DNA from: a virus
Taxonomy: Duplodnaviria > Caudoviricetes
Strand: one strand, 5' to 3'
DNA length: 25,839 nt
IMG/VR virus record: IMGVR_UViG_3300020042_002992
Location: 1-25,839 of that record
Part shown: positions 1-7,125 of the stretch, one piece after another
How positions within the stretch are numbered: position 1 is the stretch's first letter
How the letters are laid out: each line of letters begins with the position of its first letter
Notes under the pieces: generated by a model
What the model saw: only the letters and a program-made list of their open reading frames with translations
What the model was told of the DNA's origin: nothing
Database searches by the model: none
Program-made: the position numbers and the translations under genes

Positions 1-12
1 TGAAATAAAAGC

Positions 13-40
13 TTGACATTTTGAAATAGTTTGATATTAT
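13..40 (+). promoter_or_regulatory. sigma70-type early promoter P1
   Basis: TTGACA (13-18), 16-bp spacer, extended -10 TG-A-TATTAT (32-40); A-rich UP-like tract upstream. Confidence 0.8.
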
Positions 41-87
41 GAATGAGTAGTTTGATTCTTTATCAATTATTAAGAAAGGTATTTCAA

Positions 88-294
88 ATGACTTATACTA
101 TATATTATGGCAAAAAAGAACCATTAAAAGCGGTTGGCAAACATCAAATTAATATGTTGATGTTCGCTGAAAAGTATCAGGGTTGGCATTCTTATTCAGA
201 GGATAAGACAACCTTAAACGCTCTAAACGGGCTATTAAAAAGAAAAGCGATCATTATTAATGACAATAAACAATTCAGAATTAATTATAAATAA
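88..294 (+). CDS. early hypothetical protein (68 aa)
   Basis: The track ORF starts at 43, which lies at or before the predicted +1 of P1. ATG 88 follows SD-like AAAGGT (75-80). Confidence 0.7.
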   Translation: MTYTIYYGKKEPLKAVGKHQINMLMFAEKYQGWHSYSEDKTTLNALNGLLKRKAIIINDNKQFRINYK

Positions 295-307
295 TTTATA
301 AAAGGGC

Positions 308-336
308 TTGACAAATGAAATTAAGTTATATATTGT
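308..336 (+). promoter_or_regulatory. sigma70-type early promoter P2
   Basis: TTGACA (308-313), 17-bp spacer, TATTGT (331-336); A-rich upstream. Confidence 0.75.
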
Positions 337-409
337 GGTTCCTAGTAGGTTGTATCAATCTTTATATGTTTATTTTTTTAATGTTATCTTTATAATAAGG
401 GGTTTAATT

Positions 410-730
410 ATGCACCAATCTATTAATGAGTATCAATTCAGAGACGCTTTTCGATCAATGGGGAGGGGCGATCAATTCACCTATGAGGGTTTAAATATCC
501 TCTTTAATTGGTTAGAACAATATGAGGTGGATACTGGCGAAAGGGTCGAGCTTGATGTCATAGCCTTGTGTTGTGATTTTTCAGAGGATAGCGAAGACAT
601 AATTCGGGGGTCTTATGCTGACATGATGGACGAAGACGAGGACATAGAGGAATTTTTAAACGATAATTCTTTGGTTATTGGTTCGCATGAAATGGACGGC
701 GTGAAGTATTATATTTATCAACAGTTTTAA
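410..730 (+). CDS. acidic early hypothetical protein (106 aa)
   Basis: ATG 410 after SD AAGGGG; the track start 308 is the TTG of the -35 box. D/E-rich (DMMDEDEDIEEF). Confidence 0.8.
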   Translation: MHQSINEYQFRDAFRSMGRGDQFTYEGLNILFNWLEQYEVDTGERVELDVIALCCDFSEDSEDIIRGSYADMMDEDEDIEEFLNDNSLVIGSHEMDGVKYYIYQQF

Positions 731-742
731 AAGGGGCATAGC

Positions 743-820
743 ATGAACTATCTATTATTTAAGGCAACATATCAAAGCATGATGTTTAAACAATCTAAAC
801 AAAGAGAGGCTATAAAATGA
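743..820 (+). CDS. possible 25-aa peptide MNYLLFKATYQSMMFKQSKQREAIK
   Basis: SD AAGGGG upstream; ATGA overlap with the next ORF; below track cutoff. Confidence 0.4.
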   Translation: MNYLLFKATYQSMMFKQSKQREAIK

Positions 821-981
821 CAAGGGCAAACGATATTTTTAAAAATGTTTTAAGGGCTATGCAAGACGCAGAGGAAATTGAGGGAGTAGAAAACCCTCAA
901 GACTATTTAAAACTCATGGAAGACATAAGACATGAGGCTCAAAAACGCTTTAACAATTGTGTTGATAATATGGGGGGGTAG
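817..981 (+). CDS. early hypothetical protein (54 aa, MTRANDIFKNVLRAMQDAEEIEG...)
   Basis: Translated by hand; SD GAGG upstream; fills the gap between neighbouring ORFs. Confidence 0.75.
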   Translation: MTRANDIFKNVLRAMQDAEEIEGVENPQDYLKLMEDIRHEAQKRFNNCVDNMGG

Positions 982-984
982 ATA

Positions 985-1203
985 ATGAAGACTTTATTTC
1001 ATATTGAGCATGAATACGAAATAGACCTAGGGCTTTTAGATGATTCGGACTTATTCGAGGAACTAGAGGAAAGGGGCTATGATGTTGTAGAAGAGGGAAC
1101 GAAAGCCCTCATTGAAGAGATATATAACACAAAAAAGCTAGGGAAACCTTATAACCACTTACTAGAAAAACTAATAGAAGAGACAACAGGGAGGATTTTA
1201 TAA
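985..1203 (+). CDS. acidic early hypothetical protein (72 aa)
   Basis: Track ORF; G-run SD upstream. Confidence 0.75.
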   Translation: MKTLFHIEHEYEIDLGLLDDSDLFEELEERGYDVVEEGTKALIEEIYNTKKLGKPYNHLLEKLIEETTGRIL

Positions 1204-1301
1204 AATAAGTTTTTACAATTTTTTAGTTAAAAATATTTTAACAAGTGGTGTTTTTACCTGTAAATTTTTAAACAATTAACTTTTTTAATAAGGAAAATAA
1301 A

Positions 1302-1526
1302 ATGACAATTAATATTTTGGAACTTGATCAAATATGCGACATTGCAGACAAAGTTTATTTTGATGTTATCGATCATTTGAACATTGAATCAAAATGTGTT
1401 GAATTTGACAAAGACACAAAAGGCACAAAAAACACAGAGTATGGAATGGAGTTATATTATTTAATAGAAGAAGCAGTTAAAAGTGCTATTAACTACAAAG
1501 AAGAAGACGAGGAGGACGAAGAATGA
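1302..1526 (+). CDS. acidic early hypothetical protein (74 aa) ending EEDEEDEE
   Basis: Track ORF; SD AAGGA upstream. Confidence 0.75.
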   Translation: MTINILELDQICDIADKVYFDVIDHLNIESKCVEFDKDTKGTKNTEYGMELYYLIEEAVKSAINYKEEDEEDEE

Positions 1527-1651
1527 AATCATTATTAGCAATCTTATTATCATTCACAATTAATGCTTACGCTTGTACATTAAAGACTTACATTGTAGAT
1601 GGGCGGGTAATTACTTGCAGCATTTGTGGAAATGTTATTAATTGTTCGTAA
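1523..1651 (+). CDS. 42-aa exported cysteine-rich peptide
   Basis: Hand translation MKSLLAILLSFTINAYA-CTLKTYIVDGRVITCSICGNVINCS; ATGA overlap with the previous stop; SD GGAGG; signal peptide with AYA cleavage motif. Confidence 0.7.
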   Translation: MKSLLAILLSFTINAYACTLKTYIVDGRVITCSICGNVINCS

Positions 1652-1672
1652 AAACTTAATGGAGGAATAAAA

Positions 1673-1897
1673 ATGAAATTTTTACCAATAGAAAAAGACG
1701 ACATCATAGAAGCAATAGCTGATTGTGATGAGTGGGGTTATGGGAATAAAGCAACCTGTCATCTAATAGCTGAGCGACTTACTGATAGATTATCAGAACA
1801 AGGAATAGATGCTAAGGCATATTATCAGGACTTTATTTCACTAGCTCATAGTATGAATAGTGGACGCAGTTTTTATGAAATTGAGGTGCAATCATGA
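1673..1897 (+). CDS. early hypothetical protein (74 aa)
   Basis: Track ORF; strong SD GGAGG. Confidence 0.8.
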   Translation: MKFLPIEKDDIIEAIADCDEWGYGNKATCHLIAERLTDRLSEQGIDAKAYYQDFISLAHSMNSGRSFYEIEVQS

Positions 1898-2070
1898 AAT
1901 CTTACAAAGTTAGAATTTTTTATAATGCTTATTTTGATATGTCAGTGGACGCACCCAACGAAGAATATGCTAGAGACATTGTGAACGATCATGCTATGGA
2001 TTATGCACAAGACGCTATACTTTCTTATGACTTCGCAGAAATTGACGAGATAACACAAAATGGACATTAA
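1894..2070 (+). CDS. acidic hypothetical protein (58 aa, MKSYKVRIFYNAYFDMSVDAPNEEYARDIV...)
   Basis: Hand translation; SD GAGGT; ATGA overlap. Confidence 0.75.
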   Translation: MKSYKVRIFYNAYFDMSVDAPNEEYARDIVNDHAMDYAQDAILSYDFAEIDEITQNGH

Positions 2071-2425
2071 TTTCATAGATGCTCAATTAACCTGTATGAG
2101 TGTTGCAATCTACCACGAGGCACATACACAAAGCGAAAGGGCAAAAAAGGCAGTGGGGGAAATTATCTTAAATAGGGTTAAACACAAATCTTTTGGGAAA
2201 ACCCCTTGCGATGTGGTTCACCAAAAAGGGCAATTCGTAGGAGTTTACGATGACACACACAAAGAAGCTACGAGAGAGGATTTTTTAAAAACAAAGCTTA
2301 TAGCGTGGAAAGTGTGGTATAAACCCGAACACATCGTAGGGAATAGACTTTATTTTTATGATGATTCAATTAAATTAAAAAAGCATAAGAACGACTTAAA
2401 GATTGACAACCTGATATTTTACTAA
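2060..2425 (+). CDS. SleB-like cell wall hydrolase (Hydrolase_2 family)
   Basis: Motifs CMSVAIYHEA (catalytic Glu), AVGEIILNRV, CDVVHQKGQF and C-terminal KIDNLIFY match the SleB/CwlJ-type pattern. Confidence 0.8.
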   Translation: MDINFIDAQLTCMSVAIYHEAHTQSERAKKAVGEIILNRVKHKSFGKTPCDVVHQKGQFVGVYDDTHKEATREDFLKTKLIAWKVWYKPEHIVGNRLYFYDDSIKLKKHKNDLKIDNLIFY

Positions 2426-2491
2426 AATTTACAAAGTTTTACATAGTTGTATTTTATTTTAACTCAATTTTTCCTGAAAGGATTTGATAAA

Positions 2492-2590
2492 ATGCTTGAA
2501 ATTATTATAGCTTTTGTGGTAGGATTTATATTCGGATATGTATTAGGAAACCGAGAAAAGAACAACGAAACATATTTTGGAGATTATTAA
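2492..2590 (+). CDS. 32-aa single-TM membrane peptide MLEIIIAFVVGFIFGYVLGNREKNNETYFGDY
   Basis: Hand translation; SD AAGGA; stop abuts the next ATG. Confidence 0.6.
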   Translation: MLEIIIAFVVGFIFGYVLGNREKNNETYFGDY

Positions 2591-2902
2591 ATGAAAACTT
2601 TTAAAGTATATGCAGAGGCAATCGTGCCTTATTACAAAGTTATTGAGGCAGAGAATAAAACAGAGGCTTATTTGAAAGCTACTAAGACCCCTAAAGAAGA
2701 GTTTAGTTTTGCTTATGAAGTGAAGCATGAGGAATGGCACACTAACATTAATGACATGGAAGAGATTTTAGACTTTCCTTCATGGATAATGGAACATCAT
2801 AATAATAGATTTACGGCTGACCTAGCAGACGCTATGGAAGACACTGATTTACAAGATGATTATATGGATTTTTATGGACTTTCTGAAAGGGACATGGTAT
2901 AA
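2591..2902 (+). CDS. hypothetical protein (103 aa)
   Basis: Track ORF; SD GGAG; acidic C-terminal half. Confidence 0.8.
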   Translation: MKTFKVYAEAIVPYYKVIEAENKTEAYLKATKTPKEEFSFAYEVKHEEWHTNINDMEEILDFPSWIMEHHNNRFTADLADAMEDTDLQDDYMDFYGLSERDMV

Positions 2903-2997
2903 TGTTAAGTGATACGCTACTTTATTATCGTAATGCAAAAAGATATTTAAAACTTTTGGAGAAACAAAATGATAAACGCATGGCTACAAAAAACTAA
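2902..2997 (+). CDS. possible 31-aa basic peptide MLSDTLLYYRNAKRYLKLLEKQNDKRMATKN
   Basis: TAATG overlap with the previous stop; overlaps the next ORF by 29 nt. Confidence 0.35.
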   Translation: MLSDTLLYYRNAKRYLKLLEKQNDKRMATKN

Positions 2998-3181
2998 AAA
3001 CTTTGGAGAGTATAAGATAGTTTACTTGACAAAAAACACTTTTAATTTCTTTTGGGGATATGGTTGGGAATCACAAGCAAAATTTAAACGAGATGGTAAA
3101 ACATTTACACTTATTCAAAGACCTACTCGAAGCTTACCAAGAGAAGTTAATGTTATTCTTTCTAAAATGATTGGGGTATGA
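2969..3181 (+). CDS. hypothetical protein (70 aa)
   Basis: Track ORF; SD GGAG. Confidence 0.7.
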   Translation: MINAWLQKTKNFGEYKIVYLTKNTFNFFWGYGWESQAKFKRDGKTFTLIQRPTRSLPREVNVILSKMIGV

Positions 3182-3182
3182 G

Positions 3183-3389
3183 ATGAGATGTATCGCCTGT
3201 AATGCTTTATTATCAGATTATGAATCAACACGAAAAAGCCAAACGACAGGGGAATACTTAGACCTATGCAATCATTGTTTAAACGACATTAAGAATGATT
3301 TGCTTTACATGGAACGAGAAGACCTAGCTAGTAAAGAAACACCTTCAGATGAAGATCATCATGACTTTATAGAATGGAAAGACCTATGA
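3183..3389 (+). CDS. small zinc-finger protein (CxxC...CxxC)
   Basis: MRCIACN...LDLCNHC; ATG 3183 directly after the previous stop is preferred over TTG 3171. Confidence 0.75.
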   Translation: MRCIACNALLSDYESTRKSQTTGEYLDLCNHCLNDIKNDLLYMEREDLASKETPSDEDHHDFIEWKDL

Positions 3390-3616
3390 AAAAACCTGAC
3401 GCATGGCTTTACGAAGAGTTTGACACGAATGGGGAACTACGATCAAGTCAGATATGGACATTTTTACCCTCTGATTTAAAACAAACTATTAAACTTAAAG
3501 ATGTCCATCATGTAGAACTTACACCGATGTATTTAGACTTAAAAGAAAAGCAAGTGTATAATAAAGAAAACAAGTTTGATTCTAAAAAACTCGTAGAGGC
3601 ATTTTGTGGACTTTAA
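3386..3616 (+). CDS. hypothetical protein (76 aa)
   Basis: Track ORF 3374-3616; ATG 3386 gives an ATGA overlap with the upstream stop. Confidence 0.7.
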   Translation: MKKPDAWLYEEFDTNGELRSSQIWTFLPSDLKQTIKLKDVHHVELTPMYLDLKEKQVYNKENKFDSKKLVEAFCGL

Positions 3617-3776
3617 TTATGCTATTATAGATGAATTTGGCGACATTTTACGCAAGTATAGATGGTCAGCTAAAGAAGCTAAATGGCATAAGGAACAAGG
3701 TAAAACCATTATTAAATTAGAAGTAGAGAAACAAAAACCTTTTAACACTAACGACTATGAGGAATGTCTATTTTGA
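3606..3776 (+). CDS. hypothetical protein (56 aa, MDFNYAIIDEFGDILRKYRW...)
   Basis: Hand translation from GTG 3606; SD GAGG; fills the gap before primase. Confidence 0.65.
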   Translation: MDFNYAIIDEFGDILRKYRWSAKEAKWHKEQGKTIIKLEVEKQKPFNTNDYEECLF

Positions 3777-4495
3777 GTCATTTTCTATACAATGAGAGAT
3801 GCCCTAAATGCAGTGCCAATGGTGCTGACAAATCAGGAAACAATCTAGCAGTTTATTCTGATACGCATAAGTATTGTTTTGCTTGTGGTTATCACGATAG
3901 AGGGGACATTGTAGAGAAATACAAGGATCGTTTAAACACTGTAGTAGAAAAGAAATCTTTCATGTCATTCAATAAAGCTCAATTTATGGACGCTAAGGGA
4001 ATGACCTACCTTAAAAAATATGGACTAACAAACGATGAAATCAATAAAAATTATTTTTGGGATAGTGATGGCTATTTGGTATTTGATGGTGGTAGCTATC
4101 AAAACGCTAGAAACTTCACTGGATTAGGTGCTAAGTATATGACTAGGGGAGTTATTCGCAATAATGAACCCATTATGCAGAATACGCAAAATGATAGTGT
4201 AATTATTGTAGAAGATGCAATTTCTGCTATAAAAGTTAGTAGAGTGCTACCAAGTGTTCCAATACATAACTCAATTATACCCCTAGAACTCATTTTAAGG
4301 CTCTCTAAACAGTTTAAAAAACTTTTTGTATGGCTCGATAAGGATAAAAGTTTATCGGCTCTTAAACAGGCAGGAAATGCGAAATTACTTTTTGATGAAG
4401 TAAGAACAATTTGGACTGATCTCGACCCAAAATGTTATTCAGAAACAGAGATTAAAAAATATTTAAATGTTATTGACATGGAGAAACAAGTATGA
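3764..4495 (+). CDS. DNA primase (T7 gp4-type Zn finger + TOPRIM), not fused to helicase
   Basis: CPKC...NLAVYSD.HKYCFACG zinc-binding domain; TOPRIM VIIVEDAISA and WLDKD. The true start may be in-frame TTG 3773 (TTGA overlap, better SD spacing). Confidence 0.9.
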   Translation: MSILSHFLYNERCPKCSANGADKSGNNLAVYSDTHKYCFACGYHDRGDIVEKYKDRLNTVVEKKSFMSFNKAQFMDAKGMTYLKKYGLTNDEINKNYFWDSDGYLVFDGGSYQNARNFTGLGAKYMTRGVIRNNEPIMQNTQNDSVIIVEDAISAIKVSRVLPSVPIHNSIIPLELILRLSKQFKKLFVWLDKDKSLSALKQAGNAKLLFDEVRTIWTDLDPKCYSETEIKKYLNVIDMEKQV

Positions 4496-4501
4496 TAGAA
4501 T
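4473..4501 (+). promoter_or_regulatory. sigma70-type promoter overlapping the primase stop and helicase start
   Basis: TTGACA (4473-4478), 17 bp, extended -10 TG-A-TAGAAT (4493-4501). Confidence 0.75.
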
Positions 4502-5712
4502 TAATTATTATTAAATATATATTAAATAATATAATATATAATAAATATATAAATAATATTATAATAACAAACAAAGAACTTGTCAAGCTTCTTTATTGTG
4601 TTAAATCTTTACAGGAATCTTCTGATAAAGAACAATACACCATTGACGACCTAGAACTAAAATTCTTCTCAGATTATCCATTCTTAAAAGATGTTGAAAA
4701 GGAAATGTTCAATACAATCTTCGATAAGCTTCGTGGATTGGAAGTTGACGACACTCGGATTGAGGAATATCTCGACAAACAACGATCAGCAGTTATGGCT
4801 CGTGAGGTTGCAGAAATGGCTCTTGAAGTCACTGAGGGCAGAAAAGACTTTAACGAGATTCTTGACAAAATCTCTAAGATGGATATTGACAGACCAAACG
4901 AGGAAGAGATTACATTCGTCACTGATGACCTAGAGGAACTCTACGAGTCTCAAGTGACTACAAAGGGACTTCGTTGGAGATTAAATTGTCTCAATCAATC
5001 TTTGGGTAGTCTTAGACAAGGGGACTTTGGGTTTCTATTCGCTAGACCTGAGACTGGTAAGACAACATTCTTGGCTAGTGAAGTCACACACATGGCTACA
5101 CAAGCTGAGGGTAATATTCTTTGGTTCAACAACGAGGAACAAGGCAAAAAGGTTATGCTAAGATGTATCCAATCATCACTTGGTTTATCTCTACCTGAGT
5201 TGTATAGTGATTTAAAAGGGCATAAAGAAAAGTTTAATAATATTACACAACATAAGATTAAAATCTTTGACCAAGCCTCAATTACCTACAAAGATGTCAA
5301 TAAAGTTTGTGAGCAGATTAAACCTAGTTTAATTATATTCGACCAGATAGATAAGATTAAAGGATTTGAAGAGGATAGGAATGATTTGATGTTGGGTTCT
5401 ATTTACCAATGGGCTAGAGAACTTGCTAAAGACTATGCACCAGTGATTGCAGTGTGTCAAGCTGACGGATCAGGTGAAGGAGTTAAGTGGCTTAACATGG
5501 GTAATGTTGCTAATGCTAAGACATCTAAACAAGCGGAAGCAGATTGGATACTAGGCATTGGTAAGACGAATGACGAGGGCTTGGAGTATATGAGGCATTT
5601 CTGTATCTCTAAGAACAAACTTGTAGGGGATAACGATTCAATACCTGACATGAGACATGGCAAGTTTGATTGTGTTATTAAACCTGATGTTGCAAGATAT
5701 GTAGATGTGTGA
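4492..5712 (+). CDS. replicative DNA helicase, DnaB/T7 gp4 (SF4) family
   Basis: Walker A ARPETGKT, FNNEE, Walker B IIFDQ, AVCQA, KQAEADWIL, ISKNK. Confidence 0.92.
   Translation: MIELIIIKYILNNIIYNKYINNIIITNKELVKLLYCVKSLQESSDKEQYTIDDLELKFFSDYPFLKDVEKEMFNTIFDKLRGLEVDDTRIEEYLDKQRSAVMAREVAEMALEVTEGRKDFNEILDKISKMDIDRPNEEEITFVTDDLEELYESQVTTKGLRWRLNCLNQSLGSLRQGDFGFLFARPETGKTTFLASEVTHMATQAEGNILWFNNEEQGKKVMLRCIQSSLGLSLPELYSDLKGHKEKFNNITQHKIKIFDQASITYKDVNKVCEQIKPSLIIFDQIDKIKGFEEDRNDLMLGSIYQWARELAKDYAPVIAVCQADGSGEGVKWLNMGNVANAKTSKQAEADWILGIGKTNDEGLEYMRHFCISKNKLVGDNDSIPDMRHGKFDCVIKPDVARYVDV
4499..4567. other. 69-bp tract with no G or C (candidate unwinding element / origin)
   Basis: Directly visible; contains an imperfect ~30-bp-period duplication (TAAATATAT at 4512 and 4542; AAATAATAT at 4524 and 4551). 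Confidence 0.6.
4558..4586 (-). promoter_or_regulatory. antisense full-consensus sigma70 promoter inside the helicase gene
   Basis: + strand TGTCAA 4581-4586 (= TTGACA) and ATTATA 4558-4563 (= TATAAT), exactly 17 bp apart. Confidence 0.75.
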
Positions 5713-5718
5713 TAGAAT
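5690..5718 (+). promoter_or_regulatory. sigma70-type promoter for the polymerase N-half (probably leaderless)
   Basis: TTGCAA (5690-5695), 17 bp, TG-A-TAGAAT (5710-5718); the ATG lies 7 nt after the -10. Confidence 0.7.
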
Positions 5719-5724
5719 ATAGAT

Positions 5725-6885
5725 ATGAACACAATAATCTTAGATGTAGAAACAACAATCCATGCTAATGGAAACCCATTCTCTGAAAGGAATAAACTTT
5801 GCTATGTCGGACTTCATCATAATAATGTTTCTAGTTTATTTGATATTGAATATAGTGGAAATCCGTACAGGGAGCAACTTAACGCTATACAGAATGTGCT
5901 TGACAATGACGCTATTCTTGTTGGCTTTAACATTAAGTTTGACTTGCACTGGATAAGAAAATATGGAATTAATTTTGTGGATAAGCGTGTGTGGGATTGT
6001 CAGTTGGTACATTTTATACTCACTAACCAACAGAATCCCTATCCTTCACTTAATGGTGTCGCTGAGTACTATGGTTTGGGTAGTAAGCTTGATGTTGTTG
6101 CTACTGAGTATTGGGGCAATGGGATAGACACACCTGATGTTCCTAAAGACATTCTTGAAGACTATTTGAAACAAGACTTGCTTCTAACAGAGGCAGTGTT
6201 TAAACGGCAGTATGAGGAAGTAATGTCTCTACCTTCAGAACGACAACGATTGATTAGCTTACACAATCAGGACTTGCTTGTTTTAGAAGAGATGGAGTAT
6301 AATGGAATTTTATTTGATGAAGATAGGAGTTTAGAACTTGGTGCCTTACTGGAAAAGGAAGTCGGATTACTTGATGAGGAATTGGCTAAAACTTTTAATA
6401 TTGATGGTTTTAACTTTAATAGCAAAGATCACCTCAGTTGTCTTTTGTATGGTGGAAGGATTACTATACCCAAGAAAGAAGTTATCGGAGTTTATAAAAC
6501 TGGCGAGAGAAAAGGGCAAGTAAAAGAAGGGTGGAAAGATCATCACTATGACTTGCCTAGATTAATTGAGCCACTAAAAGGGAGTGAATTAAAAAAAGAT
6601 GGGTACTATAGCACAGATGAACAGACGCTTAGAAGTCTTAGGGGCACAGGAGTTTCTAAAGGAATTATTCAACTTATCCTTAAACGGAGTGGACTTGAAA
6701 AGCGTAGAGGGACTTACTATTCAGGACTCCCTGAACTCAGAGAGAATCAAGGTTGGAGTAAAGGTTCGCTACATGGACAACTCAACCAGTGCGTTGCTAG
6801 AACTGGTCGCCTTAGTTCCTCAAAGCCGAATCTACAAAATTTTGATGGAGAAATAAAAGAACTGTTTTATTCACGATTTATTTAA
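5725..6885 (+). CDS. polA: family A DNA polymerase, N-terminal part (3'-5' exonuclease + thumb + first palm region)
   Basis: ExoI ILDVETT, ExoII VGFNIKFD, ExoIII YLKQD; ends HGQLNQCVARTGRLSSSKPNLQN...KELFYSRF. Confidence 0.92.
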   Translation: MNTIILDVETTIHANGNPFSERNKLCYVGLHHNNVSSLFDIEYSGNPYREQLNAIQNVLDNDAILVGFNIKFDLHWIRKYGINFVDKRVWDCQLVHFILTNQQNPYPSLNGVAEYYGLGSKLDVVATEYWGNGIDTPDVPKDILEDYLKQDLLLTEAVFKRQYEEVMSLPSERQRLISLHNQDLLVLEEMEYNGILFDEDRSLELGALLEKEVGLLDEELAKTFNIDGFNFNSKDHLSCLLYGGRITIPKKEVIGVYKTGERKGQVKEGWKDHHYDLPRLIEPLKGSELKKDGYYSTDEQTLRSLRGTGVSKGIIQLILKRSGLEKRRGTYYSGLPELRENQGWSKGSLHGQLNQCVARTGRLSSSKPNLQNFDGEIKELFYSRFI

Positions 6886-6894
6886 GGAGAACTT

Positions 6895-7125
6895 ATGTTT
6901 ATTAAATTAACAAACGCAACAAAAGAATATGCTGGTGAACAACTCATTATTAACATTGACCATGTTTTATCTATCTTTGAATTACAAGATAAAAGATTTG
7001 ACGATGATAATGTAGAGTTTGAAGTTTCTGTATCAAACCTGTATACTACTACACAACAATCTTATATTGTTGAAGAGTCAGTAAAGGATATTTATAAACT
7101 TATTGAGGAGAAGCAAAATGGGTGA
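6895..7125 (+). CDS. 76-aa protein resembling the FlbD/SwrD-like family, between the polymerase halves
   Basis: Strong SD AAGGAG; pattern MFIKLT...G...IN.D.V..I...YIVEESVKDI recalled from the FlbD family; not verified by search. Confidence 0.6.
   Translation: MFIKLTNATKEYAGEQLIINIDHVLSIFELQDKRFDDDNVEFEVSVSNLYTTTQQSYIVEESVKDIYKLIEEKQNG

Noticed and set aside
308-409. Hydrophobic N-terminal extension of ORF 308-730
   Set aside because: The TTG is the -35 box of P2, and the segment is promoter plus a T-rich leader.
972-978. G7 homopolymer as a phase-variation tract
   Set aside because: It sits at the end of a small ORF and serves as the SD for ATG 985, which is sufficient explanation.
2403-2428. 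TTGACA...TAAAAT promoter
   Set aside because: The spacer is only 14 bp. Other isolated TTGACA hits (e.g. 3026) lack a -10 at the proper distance.
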